Shown here one piece after another: positions 50,630-64,000 of a DNA stretch of 64,000 bases. The first letter of the stretch is position 1. Each line of letters begins with the position of its first letter. The notes under the pieces were generated by a model, which did not search any database, was not told the origin of the DNA, and was given only the letters and a program-made list of their open reading frames with translations. Source of the DNA: Callorhinchus milii (taxonomy: Eukaryota); contig NW_024704742.1 of NCBI RefSeq assembly GCF_018977255.1, forward strand, positions 84,260,001 through 84,324,000, read 5' to 3'. A program made the position numbers and the translations under genes.

Positions 50630-52830
50630 TAATAATAATCTTTGCATTTTATATAGCATCATTGAGATGCCTCAAAGACCTTCACAGAATATACTGGTAA
50701 AGGTGATTGACTGTAAATTTGGGGGGCGAATTGCAGCAGCCAATTGTGCTTAGCAATGTCCCACAAACAGTCATGGATTGAGTGACCATTTTTTTTTGAA
50801 GGGATTATTACCCCTGGAAACCGATCCGCCAATCGACTAACAACTGGATTCCTACTTACTGCTATGTAAACAAGGATGTGTGAAGCAAGGAAACTTGCCT
50901 AATGTTTTGCCCTGCCCGGGAATTGAACCCAGGTCCCCTCGCTGGTGAGGTGAACGCGCTAACCACTTTGCTACCAGGCTTTCCCTGGTTAGGGAGATTA
51001 GAATCAGACTGGTTTCCTGCTCCTCATCCTTCTTCAGCATTGTTTTACTGGTCAATGATTGCCACATGAAGAGAGGTGAGGCTTTGCTGTGGTGCAGGAA
51101 AAAAGCCAGGAGCAAAGCCATTGGAGTCCTGTAGCGTATTGGTTAGAGGAACCGGGTTTGCAAGTGAGAGGACTGGGGTTCAATTCTGGGCAGGGAGAAA
51201 CCTTAGCCAAGTTTTCTTACTCCACACACCTCTGAATAGCTATATTCACTGGCAAGGCTCAAATGTGAATAGGTTATTGGAGTGCAGCCAGTGCCAAAAG
51301 GAATAGCTCCCAGCATGAGGAGGCTGAGGCCAGGAGCAGGGGACATATTTTCTGGGAAAAAATTAGAAATTAATTCAACACAAATATTTTTTTAAAAAAA
51401 GAGAACTGGGGGAAACTCAGTCAGAAGTCTGAAGTTTCTATTAAGCAGCAGGAAGAGAAGTCATCATAACCGTTGCTATCGATCACATGGGTAATTCTGC
51501 AGGTGTTGACATTGTGGGCTGACCTACAGAGGGAAAGAGGCTGCTGACTTGAGGCCCCGAGGGTTTTGCCTCTAGGCTCCTCCCAGGACCATCACTCCTG
51601 GTGACTGAATGGCCAGTGTAGATATGCAGAATGTGCGCCATTGATGTCCCTCTGGTGGGTCACCAACTAAGTCGAGTCATTAAATTCAACTAATTAATGC
51701 AGCCAGGAAAATAATAATAATAATAATAATTCTTGCATTTGATATAGCGCTTTTCACATCGGAAGGACGTCCCAACGCGCTTCATGGAACACAATGTAAA
51801 GTGAATTGACTGTATATTTGTGGGCAAACGCGGCAGCCAATTGCGCACAGCAATGCCCCACAAACAGTCGTAGATTGAAAATGACCAATTTATTATTGTT
51901 TTTGGTTTTGGAGGGATTATTATTAGACGTGTGGAGTAAGGAAACTTGCCCAAGGTTTCGCCCTGCCTGGAATTGAACTCAGGTCTCTCGCTTGCAAAGC
52001 GAGTGCTCTAACCACTGAGCTACAGGACTCCAAAAAGGCCAGGAGCAAACACATTGGAGTCCTGTAGCGTATTGGTTAGAAGACCCAGGGTCACAAGCGA
52101 GAGGACCTTGGTTCGATTCAGGGCAGGGCGAAGCCTTGCGCAAGTTTTCTCACTCCACACGCCTCTGTATACCTACCAGTACGTAGAGACCAGGTTGTTA
52201 GGCAATTGGCAGATCGCTTTCCAGAGGTAATAATCCATACAAATAAAAATAATAATAAATAATAATTTAGTTACTCAATCCACGATGGTTTGTGGGATAA
52301 TGCTGTGTGCAATTGGCTGCCGGTTTCACCCCCAAAAATACAGTATATTCTGTGCTTTGAAACATCTCAACAATGTGATAAGGAGCTATACCAAATGCAA
52401 GGAGTATTACTATTATTATATTTAGGCACCATACATGACCTTTGCCCTGTTGTTTCGCCCCTGACCTCTGCCCTGTTTTTCAATGAAGGAGGGTAAGGGA
52501 AAAGTGATGTAGGTGAAATATAGGTGATGACATCATACATTCTGCGGAAAGCACTTTGTAAAATACTAATGATCCTTGCATTTGATATAACGCGTTATCA
52601 CGTCTTCGAGACATCTCAAAGCGCTTCACAGAATATACTGTAAAGTGATTTGACTGTATATTTGTGGGCAAAACGTGGCAGCCAATTGCGCACAGCAATG
52701 TCCCACAAACAGTCGTGGATTGAGTGACCAAATTATTATTGATTTTTTTTTAAGGATTATTATCCCCAGAAAAGGGATCCGCCAATCGACTAACAACCGG
52801 GTTCCCACTTACTGCTAGGTAAACAGAAGC
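50630..52830. mobile_element. SINE cluster: 50630-50985 (-), 51123-51235 (+, head only), 51710-52031 (-), 52056-52400 (+), 52570-52830 (-)
   Basis: Repeated tRNA heads, cores and (TTA)n tails in alternating orientation. Confidence 0.85.
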
Positions 52831-53219
52831 TTTGAGACATCAGGATTTTCAAATCCACGTTCTGGAGCTGGTCAGACAATGAGCAACGACCTGAGCTCTA
52901 AAGATTGGAAGCCGGCTTTTAAAACTGTAGAAACGTGACCTCCAAAGTAATACTGATTTTAAGAATTTTTAAAACCTCTGCACAATCTCAACCTTTAAGA
53001 CAACTGACTTAAGGCAAATCCCTTTAGAAATTTAGAGATTTCAGAGCCTCTGGTTTCAACATCAACTCTTGGGCAGACGCAGTGTAAATCACTGGAGCTG
53101 TCATGTTATTAGTGTGGGGTTTTGCCAGAGTTATTATTTCATGACCCATTTAATTTATTGTGTGGTCTTGAACTAAAATTTGCCTTTCGAGGCTCTGTTG
53201 TGTGGCCTGCTCAACCCCA

Positions 53220-54815
53220 TCCCTACCCTCTTCTTACCTCCCAGCTTCACCTCCTTGCCACTCTACTTACTGACATCATTAACCTCTCCCTGTCCTCTGG
53301 TACTGTTCCCACCCCTTCAAAAACCACTGACATTGCTCCTATCCTTAAAAAACTCTCCTTGGACCCTTCTCTACTCCCTAACTAGCCCCGCATCTCCAAC
53401 CTCCCCTTCCTCTCCAAAGTCCTGGCGCGAGTTGTTGCTTCTCAGCTTCGCTCCTTCCTCTCCCGCCACTCCCTTCTTGAACCCCTCCAATCGGGTTTCT
53501 GTGCCGCCCACAGCACAGAAACTGCCCTGGTCAAAGTGACAAATGACATCTGCGACCAGAGCTCCCTCTGCCTCCTCATCCTCCTTGACCTCTCTGTTGC
53601 TTTTGACACCATCGACCACTCTATCCACACCATCACCTCTCCTCTCACCTCAACCTCCACGGCGCTGGCCTTGATTGGTTCAGATCATACCTCTCACACT
53701 ACCCGCACTTCATCTCCTCAAATGGCTTCTCCTCTAGCCCCCGGACCATCTCAGGGCACTGTCTTTGGTCCCCTCCTCTTCAAGATCTATATGCTCCCTC
53801 TTGGTGACATCATCCACAGACATGGGGTCAACTTCCACATGTATGCGGATGACACCCAACTCTATCTCTTGCCTCCAGCCTTGACTCCAGGATCACTGCT
53901 GTCCTGACAGAATGTCTGTCAGACATCAAGTCCTGGATGAGAGCTAACTTTCTTAGTTGAATGTCAACAAGACCGAGGCCCTCCTGATTGGCTTCCGTCA
54001 GCGCCTCCTGACCTCAGGCACTGACAGCATCACCATCCATGGTTGCACACTCCATCTTACTGAGCCAGTCCACAACCTTGGGGTCTTGTTTGACCCTCAA
54101 CTATTCTTTCTACCCCATATCTGCGCTATGACCCCTCTCTGCCTTCCCCCACCTCCGCAACGTCACCCGCCTCCGACACTGTCTCACACTGCACGCTGAC
54201 AAAACCCTCATACACGCCTTCACTACATCAAGGCTCAACTATGCAAACTCACTGCTTGTCGGCCTCCCCAACTCCTCACTCACAAGCTGCAGATCATCCA
54301 GAACTCTGCAGCCCGTGTCCTCTCCCGCACTAAGCTCCACGACCCTATCTCCCGTATCCTTGCCCAACTCCACTGGCTTCCCATCACACAGAGGATACTG
54401 TTCAAAATCCTGGTCCTCACCTTCAAAGCCTTCCACGGTCTTGCTCCCCCCCTACTCTCTGTCCTCCTAACCCCCTATCCTCCTGTTCGCTCCCTCCGCT
54501 CAGCGGGCTCCGGCCTGCTTCATGTTCCCTGCCTTGCTCGCCCCACTATCGGCGGGCGGGCCTTCTGCCACTCTGCCCCCACCCTCTGGAACTTCATCCC
54601 ACTGTCCCTCTGTCTCGCCCCCTCCCTCGCCACCTTCAAGACCCACCTCAAGACCCTCCTCTTCAACCGTTCTTTCTATCTCCCTGCTTCCCCCCCACCC
54701 TTCACCCTCACCCACCCCGACCCCCAGCTCGGGTCCATAACTCTGTCTGTTCAGCATCTCGGGACGTCCTCCTGATGTGAAAGGCACTATACAAATGTAA
54801 TTTTGTTGTTGTTGT
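53220..54815 (+). mobile_element. L2 LINE ORF2 remnant (RT domain to 3' tail), frameshifted
   Basis: LLDLSVAFDTIDH, QGTVFGPLLF, FHMYADDTQLY, NVNKTEALL motifs; ends in the hairpin plus (TTG)n. Confidence 0.9.
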
Positions 54816-55726
54816 TGTTGCTGCTGCCTTTTCTGTTCCAATAACACTATTGCATTAAAATTTACGACATAAAAGGTGCTGTACAGATGTTATTTTGTTA
54901 TGATTAAAACCATTTTAGAGTAAAATTACAGGGTAGTAAACTATCGAAGTTTTCTCTGAATGTCACTTTGAAAAATATGAAACTTCCCTGATCATGGGTC
55001 TCGCATAATAAATAAAATTGTGGTTACGCTGAGAAACAATTCACTTCTCCTTCCCCTATTGCGTAAATGCCCAGAACAAAATATTTACCTACTAGTCTCG
55101 GGTATTTTTAGGTGATGTTGAATACTCCAGCTGCTATTGTGTTATTTTTCACCAAAAGCAGAACTGCGTGTAAATCTCATGTAAATATAGGTGGAGTAAG
55201 AGCCACTCATCTGTCCCAACTGGTTCTCTTACTTGCAGGAAATATCACATAATATGAGTAAATCACCAACACTTAAAGTAATGCTTGACATAACATAGAA
55301 TATTACAGGACAGAAACAGGCCATTCGGTCCAACTACTTTGTGCCAGTGTTTATATGAGCCTACATACCCCTAATCCCATCTCCTACACCCCTCTATTCC
55401 CTTCTCCCTTACGTATGCAACAATTTTGCTCTTTATCATATTGATACTTTCTGTTTCATCCACAGCTTCTAGGTTATTGATCTATGAGGAGAATTACAGC
55501 CTTTCTTTACTCATATTACATAGATGACACATGACATCACAGTCATTACACATGACAGAAACTACTTGTAAAGCATGTGAGATGTTTCAGGATTACTGGC
55601 TGTATCAAATGCAAGAATTATTTGATAAATCGTATGCCCAATGGAAAGTAAACTAGCAAAACCTTGACTTATTTCCCTGCAAAAAAAACAATCTCTTCTT
55701 CTGGAGGGAGGTGTGTATTAATCTCT

Positions 55727-56720
55727 CAGTATTAGGACCACTGCTCTTTCTGATCTATATCAATGATCTGGATTTGAATATAGGGAGCAGAATTTCCAAA
55801 TTTGCAGATGACACTAAGCTAGAAAAAGCAGTTAATGGGGAGGAGGATAGCACCAGACTCCAAGAGGACTTAGACAGATTGGTAACATGGGCAGAAACGT
55901 GGCAGATGAGGTTTAATGTGGAGAAATGCGAAGTGTTGCATTTTGGTAGAAAGAATGAGGAGAGGCAGTATAAGCTGATGGTACAATCTTAAAGGGTGCA
56001 AATAAACAGAGAGACCTGGGGGTCCACATAAGCAAATCTCTGAAGATGGCAGGACAGGTGGATAAAGCTGTTTAAAAAGCATACGGGATACTAGGCTTTA
56101 TAAATAGGGGCATAGAATTCAAAGGTCAGGAGGTTATGTTGAATATTTATAAAATGCTGTTAGGCCTCAGTTAGAGTACTGCGTTCAGTTCTGGGCACCA
56201 CAATTCAGGAAAGATGTTAGGGCATTGGAGAGGGTGCAAAGGAGGATTACCAGGATGGTACCAGGAATGAAGGACCTTAGTTATGAGAAGAGGTTAGCGA
56301 AACTAGATTATTCTCCCTAGAGCAGAGAAGATTAAAAGGGGATTTAACGGAAGTTTTCAAGATCATGAGAGGATTTGATAGGTTGAACCGGGAAAAAATG
56401 TTTCCACTGGCAGGTGGGTCAGTAACCCAAGGACACCTATTTAAGTTAGTTATTAAAAGAAACAGAGGGAAGGTTAGGAAAAAATGTTTTCACCCAACGA
56501 GTTGTTCAGATCTGGAATGCATTACCTGAAATGGTAGTGGAAGCCTGTTCAATAACAACTTTTAAGAGCGAAGTAGATGGGTATTTGGGGAGGACGGAAT
56601 TGCAGGGCTATGGAGAGAAAGAGGGCCAGTGGGATTGAGTTGGATTGCTCATTTCAGAACCGGCGCAGACACGATGGGCCAAATGGCCTTTCTTTGTGCT
56701 GTATGATTTTATGATTCTAT
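55727..56720 (+). mobile_element. CR1 LINE 3' portion (RT C-terminal half to tail)
   Basis: SVLGPLLFLIYINDLD...SKFADDTKL...WAETWQMRFNVEKCEVLHFG; ATGATTCTATG-type tail. Confidence 0.9.
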
Positions 56721-57924
56721 GTCCTATTTCAAGCATAGAACAGTTCTTATCTTGACAGTCCTAAACCCAGAGTAGAAGCTCCATACTGGTCCCCATGATC
56801 AAATTTTACCTGCTGAGATGGACTATCTCTGCTCACATATAAAGAGAAATGGATATGTGGGCTACTGAATCGAGGTCACAGTCAGAGGAAGCAGCAACTG
56901 TGGTCATGCTTGGAGACTTCGATGAAGTTCAAATCAAGCCATCAGCTGAAGGCGTGGTGCAAGCAATCACTGCAGAATCCAGATAAAAATTGACAGCTGG
57001 TTTCGACTGTAAATTTTCAGTAGTGTGATCAATCACCCACCCCCCCTCCCTCCCTTCTGAATTAAATATTTGTAATATCAAGGTAAGTATGGTCTCCTTA
57101 ACGTTGAGCTGATTACAAGGTGGAAATAGAATGTCAGAATTCAGTCAGTTTTTTGTGGCATTCTTGGAAGTGTATTTCCTGCTCCGGGACGGTCCGCAGT
57201 GGTTCAATTGTATTGTAATGACAGAAAAGCCAATCTGGCTCATCAGCAGGGCTTGGGGGAGCAGTCTGACAGTATCAGCCTAGATTAGACTGTGAGTGCA
57301 GATTCCCAGCAACGGGATTTGAACCAATGGCCTTCTGACTTGGAAGCAATTCTGCTATGTGCTACCAATTGAGCCAGGCTGACACCTTGAGGGTAATTGA
57401 GGGCAATACCATTGGAAATCCCATTCTAAATGAATAATTCTAATTCTGAACGAAAAGATTGCTACTTTTAGCATTTGGTGCAATTTAGAGCCTAGGCTGA
57501 CAATACAGAGGCTATATATAATATATATATGTTTTTTATATATATATATGTTGGCTGCCACGTTTCACCCACAGAATACACAGTCAATACAATTTACAAT
57601 ATATGAAGTGCTTTGAGACATTTCAATGATGTGATAAAGCATTATATCAAATGCAAGGATTATTATTATTAGAGGAAGAAAAATTTAGATTTTTGTAGCG
57701 CCTATATTGTTAAAAAGCATTTCATTTTACTGTTATTACTCTTAAATCTAGTGACTGACTTGTAAGCAGCCAATTTACACAAAACATAGTCCAGTAGCCA
57801 TGAAGTGACTGAACCATTTATCAGCTGGAGGATAGTATGGAGAAACTAATGTTTATAAATAGTACCATGGCATCTTTAAAGTCCACTCAAGGACAGGCAG
57901 ATCCTCACTGGAGTAGGTAAGCAG

Positions 57925-58485
57925 GGTCTCCTAGGAGTTGAGCTGGCTCCAAGGTGACGTACTCGGTGACAGAATCTCAGAATTGAGTCAACCCTCTGTG
58001 GTAGTCTCAAGTAGTCCAGTTCCTGAGCCAGGCAGATCTGCAGAAATCCAGGGCATTGCTGATGATAGTATGATTTGAAGTTAGGCAGACTAACGGCAGG
58101 GATTCTTTCCACTCATGTTAACCCTATAAGCCAAAACCCTAACAGGTAGGGTGACTGAAGCTGGACAAGCGGCAGGAACCTTGCCAGACGTTGCTCACAT
58201 AACAAGCTAAGCTGTTTTAGCTAGTTACATTCCAGCTGTACCCCAATGCACACTTTGGGATCTCCAAGCCTTGGCTCTTGACAACCTGCACCTAATACTT
58301 TCTGATATTAGCTAAACATATCCAGGGAGGGTGTGCAAACTTCAAGACTCATGTAGAATATCAACACCGGCACAAACTAGTTAGGCCAGGTGAGGTGTTT
58401 TCATGCTATAAATCTATCCAGATTTATTTAAAAGTACAGCAGACAGTTTCTGCGTGTGTCAGACACCTGGCTGACCAGAAACAAC
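57925..58485 (+). repeat. Unclassified interspersed repeat; related copies at about 28185-28530, 60395-60730 and 63530-63785
   Basis: Shared blocks GTTGAGCTGGCTCCAAGRTGAC, CCAAGCYTTGGYTCTTGMCAACCTGYACCTAA, TCCAGGGAG and GTGTGTCAGACACCTGGCTGACCAGAAACA. Confidence 0.7.
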
Positions 58486-61400
58486 AAAAAATAGACAGTT
58501 GGAACATCATACAGTATAATACACCTTTCTCCAGCCTCAGGGATCATTAAACCATTCTTTAATAGAAAAATGCGTTGACAGAATATTTCAGAAAGACCAT
58601 TCGGCGGATCAGAAAAGTTTCTCTGTTTACTTACTCAAAAAACATTTAGATTCTGAAAATATGAAACCTGTAGAGAATATGTGATACATATTTGAAAAGA
58701 TTTTTCCAATTAAATATAATTTTCAACAAATTAAATTATAAGATGTTTTTTGTTAAACCCCAACAACTGTGTGTGTCAGCTTGGTACCACAGTTGGTAGT
58801 GCTCTCGCCTCTATGTGTCAGAAGGTTGTGGTTCCAGCCCCTCATCGGCATGAGGAATTCATATAATCTGGTTGCGTATTACTTAAAACAAACATTCCTG
58901 CTTTTCAATTATTGCTACTTTGACATAACATGAAAATGGTTGGACTACAAATAAAGCCTACAGTACCTTAGCAAAATACATCTTATATTTTTCCCCATAT
59001 TCCATTACATTTTGAATTATTTTGTTGATAGAGATTTCCACATAATTTAGACCCAAAGATTTAAACCTACAACCTTCTGATCTTGAGTGGGTGTGCTATT
59101 AATTGAGCCAAAATTACACCTATAATTTAATATAATTTCACGTCTTTGAAAGATCTTAAAGTGCTTTGCATGTTTCTGTAAAGTGTGGTGATTTACAGTG
59201 TGTTCTGTGAAGCGCTTTGGGACGTCCTCCTGACGTGAAAAGCGCTATATCAAATGCAAGGATTATTATTATTATTATATTATTATTATGTTTTTGTACG
59301 TGAATGGGACAGCAAATTTCATAGATGTCACATGTTCATTGGCCTCTGCTAACAAGGGAGATTGATGATGATGATATGCTGTATATTTCAATTTCACAAT
59401 GAAGGCATTTCACTTTTCTCTCTATAAACATACTGGGGAATTTTGGGTACCTTCAACCTTTGAAGCTTAATACAATAAATACCAGCAATCACTTCCAGCT
59501 CAAGTGAACACACATAATGTTCAGATGCATCAAGTTCAACCTTAACTGATGATCTAATCAATTAAATTACTGTCTGGAAAGTAGAATTTCCCCCTCATTC
59601 ACTATATGTAAGCAAACATTCTGGCCAGTTCAAACTTCACACTGGCAAGCCAAAAACCAGATTTTCTACCACGTTAATGATTAATAGGGGAAAATCTTTA
59701 AGCTACATACAGTAAACTATTTATTTATGGCCGGGAAATTCAATCAATGGCAATTGAATGTGAAACTCACGATATATTTAAAGGCAAGCATGAACCATGT
59801 CATCTCGATTGCAATAACAAGACTAATTGCTGTGTGGAAATTGACTTGAAGTGTAAACGCAGAACCCGCAAGTACACTGTGATTACACTTGACAATAAAT
59901 TGGTCACTCATTTCATGGTTGATTGTGAAGCATTGCTGTGCGCAGATTGACAATACAATAAATTCCTATGAAGGACTTTGAGAGATTTCAATGACATAAA
60001 GTGCTTTAAAAAATGCAAGGATTATTATTTTATATTGCGATTGCCTGTGAAGCACTTTGAGATGTTTGGATGTTGTAAATGGTGTATGAAATACAAGGAT
60101 TATTGTTATTTCTGATTTGTAGCTAAAGCAGGCAGTTTCTCAGCATTTCTTCTGTTCCTGTGCATTAAAGCACTAGATAAAGTAAAATTCCTTTACCTCG
60201 ATTCCCACAGCCTCCTCAAATAGTAAATTAAAAATTATAAAAATAAATAAAATGTAAAAAATGTTTTAAAAAATAAAGTTTATAAAAATAGTAAAGTTTG
60301 AGGAAATACCTATTTCTGGTCCTGAAAATTGCATTTCAATATTTCAGAAGACTTGGAAGGGTAGACTGATGACTGGGAGCAGGGATTCTAATAGGAACCT
60401 GTGCCTAATACTTTCTGTAAATAGGTAAGCAACACAACAACTTGTATTTATATAGCATCCTTCACACACGATAGCATCTCGGAGCACTGCACAGTGGTGG
60501 GGTTCGATGCTGAGCAAGGAAGAGTTGAGAGGGGGAGTCAGCCATTAGTGCGGTCACCGAGGTAGGTTTAGGTTTGCCCCTCCAGGGAGAGAGTGTGCAT
60601 TCCATTCCAGACACACGGTAATTTCCATGTGCTGGTAGAATACATATGTGGAACTCTCAGTGTGGCTTGGATACTATTGATCATGCTGATGGGTTTTCAT
60701 GTGTGTCAGACACCTGGCTGACCAGAAACACACTGTGACTTATAGTCATTTTTTGACTGTGGCTGAAAGTCACAATTGTGACAAGGAGTTAGGGCTGGGA
60801 TTTGTTTTAATGTGCCTGGGAGTTGCTATTATGGGGAACCTCATCAGCTATCATCATCAGCTATCTGACTTTGCAAATGGGCTGGAGGGAGCACCTCTGC
60901 TGCATCTCCAGGAGCTCAGATTTATAAAGGAGCACTGTTTGCACACAGGTCTTGAAGAGAGACGAGCACAACCAGAGCTCACCCCTTCTCTGTGTGATCC
61001 TTAGGACTGTGTCCTGTTACTGTGTCCAAGCAAATGATGGTAATCAGTGCTTGACTCGCAGGTTAGTTTCCAAGAAACATAAGAAATTAAGTTTGCAGCA
61101 TTCACGAATACATTTATATAATGAACATATAATGATGCATTGTAAACTGTATCCAATGGATAGGGGGAGGGGAGACATACTGCTTACAGAGGTATGCAGA
61201 TGCAAACCCAATTTATGTTACTTCTTCATTTTTTTCACAGAAACTGGATTAAAATTAGAAACCAACGAGAAGTTGTGAAATGTAGAGAACTGAATTGATC
61301 ACACATCACATCTCAGTATTCTGTGAAAACAACCTTTGCAAGTCTGAGTGGAGAGTTTAGTGATCTGAAGCTGCCTGTTTTTAGCAGTTGAGAAATGTTG

Positions 61401-61546
61401 GGGGAAGGTGCTTAAAATAGGCACGGGAGGTTGCGGGGGAGAAGAAAAAGATGAGCATGGTTAAAAATGTAACCGTTCCTCATTACTCGTGAAATAAATA
61501 AGTGTCTTATTTACAATTAGTAGCGGAAAGAACCAATTACTATTAT

Positions 61547-61590
61547 TAAGATCAAGTGTAACTTGATTCCTTCTCAGCCTTTTGGCTAAG
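61547..61590 (+). pseudogene. U2 snRNA 5'-end fragments
   Basis: ATTCCTTCTCAGCCTTTTGGCTAAG (61566-61590) and TAAGATCAAGTGTA (61547-61560) match U2 ATCGCTTCTCGGCCTTTTGGCTAAGATCAAGTGTAG. Confidence 0.7.
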
Positions 61591-61785
61591 GTGTCAGCCT
61601 AGAAAAGTTGGTGGCACTCTTACCATTGAGTCAATTGGTTCAAGATAGTGGGTTCAAGCCCCACAAAGGGACTCACAGATTAGGCTGATGCTACAATGCA
61701 GTCTGGGGAGTACTGCATTGATGATGGGGCCGTTATTTGGATGAGAAGTTAAACCACAGCAGTCTGCCTGTTTAGGTGGACATTT

Positions 61786-62096
61786 GGAGTCCTGTAGCTC
61801 AGTGGTTAGAGCACTCGCTTTGCAGGCAAGAGACCTGGGTTCAATTCCAGGCAGCGCGAAACCTTGGGCAAGTTTCCTTACTCCACACAGAGCCTAATAA
61901 TAATCCCTCCAAAACCAAAAACAATAATAAATTGGTCATTTTCAATCCATGACTGTTTGTGGGACATTGCTGTGCGCAATTGGCTGCCGCGTTCGCCCAC
62001 AAATATACAGTCAATTCACTTTACAGCATGTTCTGTGAAGCGCTTTGAGACGTCTAGAAGACGTGAAAATACAAGGATTATGATTAGTAGTAGTAG
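61786..62096 (+). mobile_element. Young SINE nested inside an older SacSINE1-like SINE (about 61591-61785 plus 62097-62305)
   Basis: Older element text ...GTTTAGGTGGACAT | AAAGATCCCATTGCACTATT...AAAGAGAAGGG is split by a GGAGTCCTGTAGCTC... element. Confidence 0.8.
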
Positions 62097-64000
62097 TAAA
62101 GATCCCATTGCACTATTGCAAAGAGAAGGGAAGTATCCTTCCCAATAATATTCACTTCATGGCTCTTTGTATGAGAATACTGTGCCCAAATAAGCTACCC
62201 CATACACCTACAAATACAATCATTACACTTTGCAGTATATCCTGTGAAACATTTTGAGATGTTCCAAAGCAGTGATAAAATGCTGTAGCAAATGCAAGGA
62301 TTATTATCAAGATTAAGTATAACTTTGATTGAGTTTGATTACAGAAGTCGATCTGGCACAAGTTCATATTGAGAGGATCATGTGATCATTTGTGAGTTTT
62401 GTCCAGGGACTGAGAAACAAAACCAAAACCAGGCTGACAGCTCTGTACTATGAGACGGCTTTGCATAGTCACCTCAGTCTGAGAAAAGAAACATTTCAAG
62501 TCTCATCCCAGACATAGCCAAGAATGACTAAAATCTGCCATACGTAAGGGTTGTTGATGTCTGCTGAAATGTTCTTAAGCACCATAGAGCTCAATAGTAC
62601 AACCCAATCAGCTATGGTGTAGAATTTCAATTGTTTATTCCACTTTTTTTCATAGTTGAGCGAGTTTAGACCCGCTCACCTCCATTAAACAAATTAGCCC
62701 GAATACGTTCCATTAGGGATCGAGAGATGTCCTCACAGACAAGCCATAAACCGCCCCCGAACTCTTCTGTCATAATAAAGGCATGGACGAGAGTTTCACC
62801 TGCTGTGCGTGTGAGGTACGGACATACATGTGGAAGTTAACCCCATGTCTACGGATGACATCGCCGAGAGGGAGCATGTAAATGATAAAACGAAGAGAGC
62901 CAAGGATGGAGGCTTGGGGTACCCCACAGGTGAGCAGGCGGGGGCAGGTTTGTCGAGATATATTGTTGGCGGTTAGTCAAGTAGGACTCGAACCATGTGA
63001 GCGCAGTCCCATTAAGGTAGGTGAGGGAGGAGAGGAAGTGGAGGAGTATGGAGGGATCGACTGTGTCGAAAGCAGCGGAGAGGTCGAGGAGAACGAGGAG
63101 GCAGAGCGAGCCCTGATCACAGAGAGAGAGGACATCATTTTTTCATCACAAAACCTACCTCTTTGACTGCGCTTTCAGTCATCTTTTCCCTTCCCACCCC
63201 TCGACTCCCCCACCCCCACCCCAGAATCTTTTAATTACCTCGTCAAAGTGGCTATTCATTGTGTGTGAGTGACAGTGAGTGTCCGCAGACTATTTGACCA
63301 CTGGAAGCATTTTGAAAGCAATGCTCTTAAGACAAGGTAAAGAAAAAAAGACAGGCTGACAACAATGCACCGATTGCACATTTATCTAAGTCTTGGAGAT
63401 GTGAAGCAGCTCTGGTCTGATCAAAGATGTATGGACAACTGTCCAGTTAGCATTGCCCCACATGTTTCAATGAGGGCTGTACAAACAGAGCTCAGTCCCT
63501 GGCAAAATAGGATTCCAATCATTAGGTTTGTGACCACCAGCTTTAGCTGGTTAGACTCCAGAAGTTCCTCAACACACACTCTGGGGTCCCCAAGCCTTGG
63601 CTCTTGCCAACCTGTACCTAATATTTTCCGGAATAAGCAGGATGTGTCCCTCCAGGGAGAAAGTGCACATTCCATTCTCTGGCAAGTTATCTCTGGGTTT
63701 TCCATGAGTATGTGGGATGCGTGGAATTCTCAGTTCAGTTAAGCATAGTGATGAGAATTATACATGTGTCAGAAATCTAGATGAAGCTCAAAAAAAAATC
63801 ACTTTCTGCAAATACTAACCTCTGAAGCATTTCAAAACTGTGCACTTTCTTTTTCTGTACTCAGTATCATCTCATATCCAGCAACAGCAATATCTTGTTC
63901 CCCTTAGATTTGTGGACATCAAATCAGATGACTGGATTGCTACACAGTGGAAAATCCACAAAATTCCTCATTTCCCAGAACAGCTCTCAGATTTCTCAAT

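Noticed and set aside
56849..56985. Short plus-strand ORF MDMWATESRSQSEEAATVVMLGDFDEVQ...
   Set aside because: Under 50 codons with no supporting splice structure or family match; LGDF alone is too weak to call an endonuclease.
47200..64000. A tandem PD-L2 paralog or RIC1 exons downstream of the CD274-like gene
   Set aside because: No Ig-domain or other recognisable exon was found by eye; small exons cannot be excluded without tBLASTn.

Overview
Vertebrate genomic DNA, very probably from a cartilaginous fish. The SINE/L2/CR1 repertoire resembles that of chimaeras such as Callorhinchus milii; this is an inference. Two protein-coding genes lie head-to-head about 22 kb apart. (1) The 5' half of MUSK (muscle-specific receptor tyrosine kinase) is on the minus strand: coding exons 1-5 cover the signal peptide, Ig1 and Ig2 (20139->7815), and the gene continues beyond the left edge. 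(2) An essentially complete single PD-L1/PD-L2-family gene (CD274-like) is on the plus strand: a candidate non-coding exon 1 ends at 41999, signal, IgV, IgC and TM exons span 43998-46741, and a probable tail exon lies at 47127-47161. The rest is dense in repeats: tRNA-Ala-headed Deu-type SINEs, older SacSINE1-like SINEs, L2 and CR1 LINE fragments, a decayed hAT transposase, foldback MITEs, a U2 fragment and an unclassified repeat. Most ORFs in the supplied track are repeat-derived noise. The best leads are a predicted intronic-polyadenylation route to a secreted, Cys-tailed PD-L isoform resembling human secPD-L1, the PD-L1/PD-L2 mosaic character of the ligand, and the MUSK-CD274 adjacency. No prokaryote-type system (CRISPR, operon, defence island) is present.
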